The position numbers and the translations under genes were made by a program. A stretch of DNA of 64,000 bases from Octopus vulgaris (lineage: Eukaryota). Numbering within the stretch: position 1 is the stretch's first letter; the number at the start of each line of letters is the position of its first letter. The notes beneath the pieces were generated by a model. It did not search any database. It was not told the origin of the DNA and was given only the letters and a program-made list of their open reading frames with translations. The stretch is taken from NCBI GenBank assembly GCA_951406725.2, contig OX597832.1, forward strand, positions 65,906,001 to 65,970,000. The letters are read 5' to 3'. Below are positions 12,501-24,219 of the stretch, one piece after another.

Positions 12501-13460
12501 TGCAGCTCGGGATGGACAGGTTTTCATCAACCTGTGACAACTTCGGTCTCCCCATCAGTGCCAAGAAAACCGAAGTGATGTTTCAGCCAGCCGCCGGCAA
12601 ACAATACCATGAGCCTCAGATAAAGGTGAACGGACGGATCCTACGAGCGGTGGAAATCTTCACCTACCTGGGCAGCACTCTCTCCTGCAATGCCAACATA
12701 GATGCTGAAATCATCAACAGAATCTCCAAGGCAAGCGGCAGGTTTGGGAGACTACGAAAGAAAGTCTGGGAGCGGAGAGGAATCAGCCTCAACACCAAGC
12801 TGAAAGTCTACCGGGCAGTCGTGCTTACCACCCTACTATACGGCTGCGAGACGTGGACTGCTTACCGAAGGCACGAGCGCCAGATAAACCACTTCCACCT
12901 CAGGTGTCTTCGGAACCTCCTTCACATCCACTGGCAGGACAAAGTCCCAGGCACGGAAGTTCTGAAGCAGGCAGATCTCCCTAGCACCATCACGATCATG
13001 CGCAAGGCCCAGCTGAGAAGGGCAGGCCACGTCTCCCACATGTCCGACACTCGCATCCCAAAACAGCTCTTCTACGGTGAACTCAGCCAGGGCAAACGCA
13101 AAGTCAGAGGGCAGAAGAAGCGCTTCAAGGACAGTCTCAAAGTCTCTCTCAAAGACTTCTCCATCGGCACAGAGATTTGGGAGACACTTGCTGCCGACCG
13201 CTCATCCTGGCGCAGCGCAATCACCACAGGAGCAAAGACAGCCGAGGAGAGACGGATTCAGTCAGCAGAACAGAAACACCAGATGCGGAAAGCCAGAGCC
13301 ACCTGCACCAATAACACAGCCCCTACCCACTTCTGCCCCACCTGTGGGAGGGCCTTTCTTGCCCGGATTGGCCTCACCAGCCACCTCCGGTCTCATAGCA
13401 GCAATTCCACTAAATGATGTCAATGGTCATCTTCGAACCCGAAGGACGAACATTACATTA
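9547..13460 (+). mobile_element. Near-full-length RTE-clade LINE retrotransposon
   Basis: GC-rich ~0.6-kb 5' UTR, a single APE-RT ORF broken by frameshifts, and the typical RTE 3' end GATGTCAATGGTCATCTTCGAACCCGAAGGACGAACA followed by a short (CATTA) tail. Confidence 0.95.
10135..13417 (+). pseudogene. RTE ORF: AP endonuclease, reverse transcriptase and C-terminal CxxC..HxxxH zinc finger, disrupted
   Basis: APE motifs ATWNVR, LSETRL, GVGFAIK, LGDFNA, HLIDY and TDHRL. RT motifs GKAPGSD, NHRGISLL, ESQCDFR, AFDTV, QGCVL, FLFADN and FTYLGS. C-terminus CPTCGRAFLARIGLTSHLRSH. Split across ORFs 10135-11547, 11279-12151, 12158-12436 and 12464-13417. Confidence 0.95.
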
Positions 13461-13467
13461 AATTATA

Positions 13468-13701
13468 TATAATATATGTATGTATGCATACACACACGCA
13501 CACATATTTACATACATATATATAAACAGACGGAAAAGTGGAGACTAACAAGCAAAGCATTTAAACCGATTTGATTGTCCATATTCGAATTTTGATCTAT
13601 CTACTCCCGCTCAATTAGGGACCGTCTGTAGCCACCTTGGATGGGCAATTTCAACACCTCATTTCCAATTGCACTTCAGACGGAGCTTCACAGCTAAATA
13701 T
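13468..13701. repeat. Right arm of inverted duplication (with ~134 bp of extra internal sequence)
   Basis: Blocks 13468-13517 and 13652-13701 match 9377-9426 and 9320-9369 in reverse complement. Confidence 0.9.
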
Positions 13702-13734
13702 CTTCATATATATACGTATATGTATGCATATATT

Positions 13735-13756
13735 TAAGTATGTATGCATGCATGTG

Positions 13757-13788
<32 letters not shown>

Positions 13789-13798
13789 TGTATGTATG

Positions 13799-13832
<34 letters not shown>

Positions 13833-13875
13833 TGTATGTATGTATGTATGTCTGTATGTATGTATGTATGTATGT
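13735..13875. repeat. (TATG)n microsatellite
   Basis: Direct inspection. Confidence 0.95.
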
Positions 13876-14184
13876 TGCTATGCATGTGCATATGTAGAGA
13901 ATGTCGTGCATTGCTATGGTTGAAAATAGCTACGAATTGTGGTCACAGAATTTCTCGTGAGAGAAGTGTGTTTGTTTATAAAATGCCAATGGATTTCTGT
14001 TCCAAAATCTTTTATATCAGAAATGAAGCCTCTATCCAATATGTTAAGGACAACCGCATTTCTAATCCACTGACTTTCAATTATAAACTCCCAATTAAAA
14101 TAATTCTGTAACTGTGTGTAAATACATATGTTTGTGTTCGAAAATATTTAATAGTGATTTCAATTTATTCCAAGTTTGTAATGT

Positions 14185-14340
14185 CGGGTAGTGGGGAAGT
14201 GAATTACATCAACCCCAGTATTCAACTGGTACTTATTTTATCGACCCCGAAAGAATAAAAAAAAAAGCGAAGGTGAACTTAAAGACTGAGAAAAGTGGCC
14301 AAGCGCTGCGTGCTAACGTTTCTGCCAGCTTGCTAACTTA
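14185..14340 (-). mobile_element. Degenerate SINE family A
   Basis: CTGGTACTTATTTTATCGACCCCGAAAG core and GCTAACGTTTCTGCCAGCT head in reverse complement. Confidence 0.65.
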
Positions 14341-14599
14341 GAGAATATTTGCTATTAACATAGCTTTAAGTAAACGCGAAAACTATTCCATTATATTTCA
14401 AACGATTCTTAAATTATATTATCTTGTATTTTTGAAATTATTTAATTATCAAAATACTTTGAAAACTACATAGATGCAGGTGTATTTTGAAAAGATACAT
14501 TCATTTAAAATTATTCTTATAATGTAATCTCAGCAAGAAATAGTCATGTTCAAATTATGGAACTTCAAAAAATGCAGCGGTAAGTAATTTACTTAATGT

Positions 14600-16150
14600 G
14601 TTGCAATCAGTCTTCAGTTATACATTATATTTGATAAATTTAAGGACGTCACAATATTCAATGTCTTAGGTCATACTGTCCGAGGCAAAATCAAAATAAT
14701 TATAAAACATTTTACTTTCAGCATGTTGCATATACTTGTACATTGCAGAGAAGTATTCCTCAAATTTCTATCTAGCAACAGTTATTGTGTGTGCTTGAGA
14801 TGTATTTACTAATATGACGAATTGTATATTTACCAGGAATTAAAGTCTTTTAAACAGACAGGTTATATATGTTGTAATGTAGGTATATCTGTTTATGAAC
14901 CCATTCATTATTTTGCTTAACCCAGTAAGATTGGAATCATGCTTGTTCTCTAAATTCGTTGGCGCCATTACAAGGCCGCAGCTGATCTAAAACCACGTAG
15001 AAGCATTATAGATGCTTTCCATTTTTTGAGCTGAAATCTGTCTTGAAGCACAATTACTATAACAGTCTTGCAGGATAATCCTCTTTTTACTTCCTGAAAC
15101 GCGATAATTTTGTTTTATTGATTTGTGAACGTTACTATAATCTGGAAGTTGTCACATTTTGCCAATTGAAACCGGGGACCAAAACCCGAATTTTTGCTCT
15201 GTCACTTATTTCTTATTTAAGGTGAAAGAAACATTTGTCTGTTTTCTTAACCACTGCCCTTGTAGATTCCTGGCAATATTAATGCCGAATGGACATTGTT
15301 CTTTTCTAAATAAGAAACAAATTATTGGGGAAATGGTGATTAGAATGTGAATAGAAACTTATCCTTACTTATCCCTAGATTTTTTGTTGTACCCTATGTA
15401 ACTTGATGGTCGAGAAATTTTCTATCCAAAAAGGATCATATCAGTAGAGTTTGCAAAAAAGTTAAGTGTCCCATTTAGCATGTGCTTCTCTACAAATGCT
15501 GCCTGAGGAACTGTAAAGATCAATAAATTGATTGTTATGGTAAGTTCAGATGGGAGAAAAGGAAAACAAATACTACATGTGTTCTAATCCATTGTACTCG
15601 ATGGGATTGTGTAAATTTATCATGGTAGTTTATGTACGTTGGGTAAACAGTGCAACGTCAGTTACTTTGATATCTTACAAAATGTTTGATAGACATTAAT
15701 GAATTACAAAATTAATTTTAGAATTCATTTTTGAATCAATTATATCAGTCTCTAATTTGGAGGTAACGAATTATTCATCTTTCGGCAATTTCATGCTTTT
15801 CAGCTAAGATTTGGTAGGTTCCATTTTACGATGACTTTTCTGACATATTTGGTTTTCCGTGGAGAATTTGTTTAATCACATGCCAAATTTCTTCCCGTTG
15901 AAGACATCACAAAAAACGCGCAGCATTTGGAAATAATTCATTAAAAAATCTTTCTGGCCGCAAGGATCTACAAAGAATATTTGAGTCGAGTGAATTTTGA
16001 TTGTAAGCAAAATTTTTAAAACTGCGTCTAGGAAAGTTCATTTCTTTTGTGTCATTATGGAGTGACAACTCATATATATGCAAATTCTTGTAAATATGTC
16101 TATAGTTAATTATGAATGAAGTTTGAACTCATATTCTCCTAAAGTTCCTT
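14600..16150 (-). mobile_element. Possible very old Penelope-like RT remnant
   Basis: Only faint, correctly ordered motif shadows on the minus strand (PNAARF, an SP-containing motif-B-like segment, KFLDHQV); no ORF. Confidence 0.2.
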
Positions 16151-17639
16151 TCACGCTTAAATTTATTTATACAAATATGTCGACTCGTTTTAACAACTCT
16201 GCAAAAACGAAATGCAGAATCTTTAACACGCATCTTGATAAATTATATTAATCGCTTAAATAAGTCATTCTAATAAGCAAACAAATCCAGAATATTTGCA
16301 GTAAGTTCAGTCGATATAGAAAAAGGAAATGTAAACTAAATCTGACAGGATTTGAACTCCGAACCTAAATGCAGTTTATAGTTTTAGCTATATAATTTCC
16401 CTCATACAAAAACCACACTAACAATAACATGACACATCATATCTTAAAATCATACTTCAAAAGTATATAAATAGTTAAAACAATGTGACCAACTAGGTAA
16501 CGGCGCACATATCTAAGCAAACTTCTAATGTTGATTTCTCAAAGGCTAAATCGGTATTTAAGAGATTATTGTACTGATTATGAAATGCGTGTGGGCTATG
16601 ATCAGATATTTCATTTGATACAATGCAGACGAAAAGGGCTACTTTATGATCAAGCAGCTTTCAATATGAAATAGAGAACAGACATCAAACGTCAGAATTT
16701 TACATTGAAAAATTATCGATTTTATTATATAGTCGAGGTTTTAGCATGGCCGCGATCTCGAGGCTAATCATTGCGGTCGGAAACAGAGAAAATTCAATGA
16801 AACTTGAATAGATTCTCAACAAAATACAATCAACACAAGCGTCACACACCGGCCATAAATATGACTAAAAATCATGGACAAAAGCCTTAGCCTACACTTA
16901 TCTGATTACGGTCTTTATCAAAACTATGCTTCGTGTATATAAATTTCTCCAGTTTTATGTAAACTCGAATAAATTATAACAAAAAGTTCTTTACTTCTCG
17001 GGGAAAAAGTAGCGTTACAGAATCTTAATTTGAAACATTTCACACACACACATACACACACACACACACGCAGTTTCTTGCGTACAATCACACATATAGT
17101 TACATAAATCAGAATAAGTCACACGATGTTGTAATTAAATAACACTCATAAAAAAGGTAAAAAATGAAAACTATACAGAGCTTACATAACTTAATAGAAT
17201 TACTTAAAGCTATCACAGTTTTCTTTTACAATATTTCATAAGTTCGAAGTTCTGTTTATCCAACATAACGAGAAGCTCATTAGCACGACTCTCGCGTAGA
17301 ATGTTTCAAACGAGGTCCGTTAATTAGTGTGACACAATGTATAGCGTTTGCTTAATATTTTATCACCAGAGTATACCGTTAAGACATTCACTTAAAAAAA
17401 GAAAGGCATGCATTCTTACGTTGTATTCTGGTTTTCATTGGTGGTGTGTGTTTTTATGAATCATCAATACGATAATTTTTTTTTTCACAGCATATCTCGT
17501 TAATTAATTGTCATTAAGAAAAAGAGTAATCAGTTGTTGCTTTTACTTTATATTATTACTTCGCTGGCACCTTAAAGATATTACTATTTCCGCCTGTATG
17601 CTTGGATTTATGTATGAGACTGTATATGGCAATGTATAA

Positions 17640-17663
17640 ATCTATGCGGACACACAAGCACGC

Positions 17664-17722
<59 letters not shown>

Positions 17723-17895
17723 TACTCACACTTACACAGAAATGTACACGGAAACACATACAGACACACCCACAAACACATATATGTATATATTTATACA
17801 TACATATATATATATACACATACATGTATATACATATATAAATATATGAATATATGTATATCTGTATGTATTTGTATATATATGTATATATATGT

Positions 17896-17992
<97 letters not shown>
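17640..17992. repeat. (CA)n/(TA)n microsatellite cluster
   Basis: Direct inspection. Confidence 0.95.
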
Positions 17993-17993
<1 letters not shown>

Positions 17994-18702
17994 TGCATTT
18001 TCTCCTATTAATTGCTTATTAATATACATTTCACTAAAGGCATCTTTAAACATTATCTGAATCAGGTGATATAGGATATACAAGATTATAAAAAAATACC
18101 ATTTCAATAAGTAAATCTAAACGCCAAATATTACAGGATGTGGATATATTAACAGAACATTGAGAGAAAAACAAGAATAAATGGAGAAAAAACTATTTCA
18201 ATTATATGAGTAATTAAGAGCTGAAATGTATTTCTTAATTAAGTAGAAAGCTTTATTCATTTCTGTGATTCTGTGGTTCGTGATAACAGACACACAGATC
18301 CATATAGAATAACTTTATATTGCATGTTCATACTCATATACGTATAAATTCACATACACACCCGTCCACAAATATACACAAACGTGTCTATTTCTTTGAT
18401 ATGTATGAATCTACATATTCATCTGTCTACAAATTATATATATATATACATGCCTACATGCTGATACAGATACATACAAACACACATATAGGAATATATG
18501 CGCAAGTATGCACGTAGGTGCAAAAGAAGGTGGAGCAGATAGTACTCGAATACCAATGGTAGGCTAATATCTTACTTTATTAAAGCCGAAAAACTCCTTC
18601 AAAGAGTGTTACTCAGAGTTTCACATGACAATTCATCTGACAGGTGCGATAGTATTCATTATCACAATTGTCTGGTGAACGCTCACATAAAACTCTGAAA
18701 AT

Positions 18703-18743
<41 letters not shown>

Positions 18744-18791
18744 TAAACAGTAAAAATAATTACAGACATGGACAAGAACATGAAACACCAC

Positions 18792-18892
<101 letters not shown>

Positions 18893-18924
18893 CGTATTAT
18901 AATTTAGTACAAACATTAAAAGGT

Positions 18925-18996
18925 TGCCATTATTCAACTCACTGTTTCGAATATCGGAGAGAAGAGCTACGATAAATTCTCGTCAGCTATTAATGG
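18925..18996 (-). ncRNA. Hammerhead ribozyme-like motif (extended stem II, decayed stems I/III)
   Basis: Minus strand reads CTGACGA GAATTTATCG..CGATATTC GAAAC AGTGA GTT. Confidence 0.5.
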
Positions 18997-19604
18997 GAGC
19001 AGACGTTACGAAGAACCGGTAAATAAAAAAGAAGTTACTCTAATAAGTAGAAACAGAAAAAAGAAAAAAGCTAGTGTACACACCACCAAATTCTTATAAT
19101 ACATTCATATAAACTCCTGCGTTCAAATCTACATAAGTACACACTCACACAATTATGTATACATATATGGATACACACACAGAACCATATATATATATAT
19201 ATGTATGTACGCACTTATACATATACACTTATCCACACAATAAATAAATAAATAAATGAATATATATATATATATGTGTGTGTGTGTGTATACGCAACCT
19301 CACCCCCATATACACATAGTTGTTTATATCAATACACGTCATATAATACCTATACATTTACACATTTATACGTATAAATATACGTATTTATATATGCAGA
19401 CATACATTCACACTCCCACATATATACATACATATGCATATCGGTATAAATGAAGGGGCGTGTTCATGAAAGACGCACATATGCACCGGACACAGTATTT
19501 CACTCATATACATAGATATATAATCACAAACATACATACACACTCACACATGAATAATTCTCTGTTGAACTAATATCGAGGCCACATATTTTTGTTATTT
19601 TTAT

Positions 19605-19674
<70 letters not shown>

Positions 19675-19799
19675 TGTGTGTGTGTATGTATGTACAGTTT
19701 AGAGGAAATTGAAAGTATTTTCAATTTCCTCTTCTCTGTAGCTTTTCGTATTGGCTCTCTATGAGCACTCAGTAAATAGCTCATTCTTTCTATAATATC

Positions 19800-19874
<75 letters not shown>

Positions 19875-19876
19875 TT

Positions 19877-19942
<66 letters not shown>

Positions 19943-20154
19943 CATACATATATATGTTTATATATATATATATATGAATATATATATAAATATGTATGTT
20001 TAGATAAATACCTATAGCCACACACAGCACATACTTACAGACACAATCACACACTACGTATGTGTGTGTATGTATCCATTTATAAGCAGCAAAAACAAAA
20101 TGGAGATTAGGAAGTTAATAATTATTTATTATTAACAAATTGGTCATCTTCGAT

Positions 20155-20250
20155 TCTTACAGCCGTTTCAATTAATATTCACTAATTTAATTGTAAATTT
20201 GTACTTTAAATTTGCATTTATGTGACATGCGGATAATTTCATCAGAGATG
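20155..20250 (-). ncRNA. Type I hammerhead ribozyme motif with a long stem II insert
   Basis: Minus strand reads TCT CTGATGA AATTA..(~60 nt)..TAATT GAAAC GGCT GTA^ AGA; all core nucleotides and a GUA cleavage triplet are present. Confidence 0.65.
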
Positions 20251-20369
20251 GTATATACGTACCTATCAGTTCATTTCAACAGACTATTCTAGGTATTGAA
20301 CCAGTATTTCCTTGAATATAATTCATAGATACATACATAGATACATAGATACATGCATCCCTCCTTTTC

Positions 20370-22326
20370 TACCCCTCCACTCAACCCCTTCGTCGGAGGA
20401 TCCTACAGGCCTTCCGTCGTCTCCAGCTCGATCCCACCACCCGCCCCATTTTCCCCAACTCACCCTTGTCCTCCCTCAAACGAGCCCCAATCCTATGCGA
20501 TCTCCTGGTCTGTAGTACCTTCTCCTCTACCCCCTCAGCCCCACTTGAATCCTTCCCGTGCTCCAGATCCCGCACAACACCTGCCCCTTCATCACCAACA
20601 TCACTGCTATCACTGGCTCCAACCAACGAACTGTACTTATTAGACATTCTTTTACGTGCACTTCATCTGGTCTCATTTACTGTATAAAATGCAACCTCTA
20701 TGGGATGCTTTATGTAGGTCAGACGGGCCGTCGACTGGCCGACTGGTTCACCAAGTATCTAAGAGATTTTCATCTAGGTTCCAACTCTCCCGTCGCCCAT
20801 CAATTCCGCTTGGCCAACCATTGGCCCTGTAACATCTCTGTGTTTGGTCTCGCCCCACACGATGGATCTCCACAATCCAGGCTTCACCTGGAAAAACGAT
20901 ATATATTCAGTTTACGGACTAATATCCCGCACGGACTTAACACAGCCCACTCCTCTTAGTGACCGCCCCTACACCTCCCGCAACAAGCAACTTTATTTCT
21001 TCTTTCTTCTCTTCTCTTTTTTCAATTTTTCATTCCTAATATGCAACTACGTCTTTTTTATTGCATCAACTTCCTGATATATGTTTTATTGTTTTTATAA
21101 TTTTTTGCGATTTTATTGTTTATAATTTTTTGTTTTTATAAATTATTGTTTTTATACACGAACACATACACACACATACTCACGTATCCACGAGCACACA
21201 TATACCTCCCCCACACACCACACACATAGAACATACATACATGCACATATACGCACACATACTTCCACACATATACACACACGCTGCATACACATATACA
21301 CACACCCACATACACCCACGCGCACACACACATACGCGTACACACACACGTATACAAACGTACACACCACACACAGGAATGCACAGAAACCTATCCTATC
21401 CAACCCCACGAACACACAGACACACGTCTCCACGTTCACACACACATATACACACGCAAGCACATACACACATGCACACACGCAAATATACACACGTACA
21501 TACACACACACCAGCACAGATTCCCCCATATACCTCTAACAAACAATACTCGTACAGATACGCACACAATTATACACACATGGGCACATACACACACGCA
21601 CACACGCACGTAAGCACACACACGAACACAAACACACGCACGCACATTACGGCTACACAACTCCGAAACCTCCCACACACAAACGTATACACAAAGTATA
21701 GCACAGTTATTCGCCACACACACAAACTCTACGCATACATACACGAACACACGCATACATGCACACACACACACTACAAACAAAACACACACACAATACA
21801 TATAAATACATGCACACACACACATACTTCAAACTACAAGTACCTTCACTGACCATTCTTCCACATGGGTACTTTAGAGACAAGGGCCACTCCTAATTCA
21901 TTCTTCCTTGATCTTAAACAATACTAAGCCCTAACACACACATAGATTAACAGCCACAACCACACACACACACACATGTGTTATCATTGCACACATACAC
22001 ACATACACATACATACATACACACACACGCACACGCAGCCCTGCGCGCACGCACATATCCACACTTACACACAAATACCTCCTCTTGCATCTCTTGCAAT
22101 AATTTTTTCTTCTTCTCCCATTCCCTTCCGGTCATTCAAAATGTGTCCGCGTGTGTACCGTTGGCGATTTTCTTTCTTCCCTTCTTTAGATCTTTCCTTC
22201 TCCTATGTTTCTGACGAAGAAACGTTAACCCTCCTTCTTTCCTTCTTTCCTGAGCGTTCAATAATACTATACTTGTCCCACGTCCTCCCGTTGTTGTGTT
22301 TTCTATTTGTGTTTTCATGTTTCGAT

Positions 22327-22330
<4 letters not shown>
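20370..22330 (+). mobile_element. Penelope-like element 3' part: GIY-YIG remnant, CA-rich expansion and terminal repeat
   Basis: ORF 20558-20959 contains SFTCTSSGLIYCIKCNLYGMLYVGQTGRRLADWF..PHGLN. CA-rich tract at ~21150-22080. Terminal segment with CTGACGAAGAAACGTT (hammerhead lacking stem II) at 22211. Confidence 0.8.
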
Positions 22331-22376
<46 letters not shown>

Positions 22377-22416
22377 TATGTATATATACATACATATATA
22401 TATATAAATATATAAA

Positions 22417-22790
22417 TGGAAGCACTCCGTCGGTTACGACGACGAGGGCTCCGGTTCATCCGAATCAACGGAACAGCCTGCTCGTGAAATTAACGTGTAA
22501 GTGGCTGAGCACTCCACAGACACGTGTACCCTTAACGTAGTTCTCGGGGATATTCAGCGTGTCACAGAGAGTGACAAGGCCGGCCCTTTGAAATACAGGT
22601 ACAACAGAAACAGGAAGTAAGTTGTGGTGAAAGAGTACAGCAGGCATCACCGCCATCTCCTGCCGGAGCCGCGTGGAGCTTTAGGTGTTTTCGTTCAATA
22701 AACACTCACAACGCCCGGTCTGGGAATCGAAACCGCGGTCCTATGACAGCGAGTCCGCTGCCCTATCCACTGGGCCATTGCGCCTCCACA
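22417..22790 (-). mobile_element. tRNA-derived SINE, family B variant
   Basis: Minus-strand head GGCGCAATGGCCCAGTGG (A box) ..GGTTTCGATTCCC (B box); the 3' half is homologous to 8830-8990. Confidence 0.85.
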
Positions 22791-22792
22791 AT

Positions 22793-22931
<139 letters not shown>

Positions 22932-22934
22932 TAT

Positions 22935-23436
22935 TCTGTGTTTCTAGTACATACTTCGGCTTTAATCTACGGCCGGTGCTAGAAACACCAGCGAAAATAA
23001 TTAATTTTATTTTATCGCATTTTGAATTTGTTTACATATTTCTCGATAAATTTTGAGCGTTAGACTATATACCAGAAATCCCTATTTTTGTCGGGTTTGT
23101 TCTGCGTTTGCGCAGTGATCTGATTAGTTAGAAAGAGCAAATTATTAGACGCACATGTGTCTATCGAGTTGCCCTTCATAATAACAGGATTCTTACCGAA
23201 GAGCCTACCTGAGTAAATAAATATTAAATTTATATCTTTTTGCTGAACAAGGCGAAACTGCAGTCTAAGATGAACAGAGTTAGTAAAAGTTTTTATCTTC
23301 ATTTCACTAAATTTATCAAGCTTCTGTGTTTCTAGTACATACTTCGGCTTTAATCTACTTATATATGAATAATATATGGCCGGTGCTAGAAACACCAGCG
23401 AAAATAATTAATTTTATTTTATCGCATTTTGAATTT

Positions 23437-23443
<7 letters not shown>
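22935..23443. repeat. ~100-bp direct repeat pair flanking ~280 bp, between (TA)n tracts
   Basis: 22935-23033 matches 23322-23441; the second copy has a 19-bp AT-rich insert. Confidence 0.85.
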
Positions 23444-23474
<31 letters not shown>

Positions 23475-23818
23475 AAAAAATGAAGTTCGAAAATGCTGCT
23501 ATATTATACAATTTTTAATTTTTATATATACATTATAACATGTTTCAGTTCCTGAAATGAACCTTATCAAAAAAAGTTATATATAAAAAAAGACAGCTCA
23601 TGCCGTCAAACACAAGAAATTCCTTTATAATACACAACGGAGTCAGACATCTTAGAGTTCATGTATAGTTGATATATAGTTTGAAGTAAGTTCATTCATG
23701 CTATATGTTCAAAGTGTTCGATGCAGTGGCCCACGGTGGCGATACGTATTCAATACAAAAAACAGATCAAAGTGGTGGAAAGCAGTCAATACAGAAGATT
23801 GATGTATATATATATATA

Positions 23819-24211
23819 CTAGCAGTATCGCCCGGCGTTGCTCGGGTTTGTAAGGGAAATAACTATATAAGCATTTTTAGAGAGTTATAGCCAAAAATAG
23901 CAAAAAAATGCATTAAAAATTGAAAAAAAATTAAGGTAATTTTTTTTTAAATCGTTGACACATCGTAGATAATTTTAGAGAGTTACTTCCCTTATATAAA
24001 AGCGAAAAATGCATTAAAATGGAAAAAATATGATGGTAACTTTTTTTAAAATCGTAGATTCATCGTAGACGCGCGCTAATAACCAGAAGGGCTCGATATG
24101 AATCACGACTATAAGATACCCGCTTTTGGTTAAACTGCACCGCAAAATGTGGGAGTAGTTACGAATCTAAATCGTAGGAGACAGACACACAACTTCACTC
24201 TTATATAAAGA
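23819..24211 (-). mobile_element. Non-autonomous Helitron
   Basis: Minus strand starts TC (preceded by A) and ends CTAG (followed by T), with subterminal hairpin CCCGAGCAACGCCGGG (23831-23846) and an internal ~105-bp tandem duplication. Confidence 0.8.
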
Positions 24212-24219
24212 TGCTTTTT

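Noticed and set aside
11585-12564. Long antisense ORFs (208 and 234 aa) inside the RTE
   Set aside because: Expected shadow ORFs of GC-rich coding sequence, with no motifs.
22715-22790. tRNA-like sequence with A and B boxes (also at 8671 and 55386)
   Set aside because: It continues into a SINE body shared with other copies and has no complete cloverleaf, so it is a SINE head rather than a tRNA gene.
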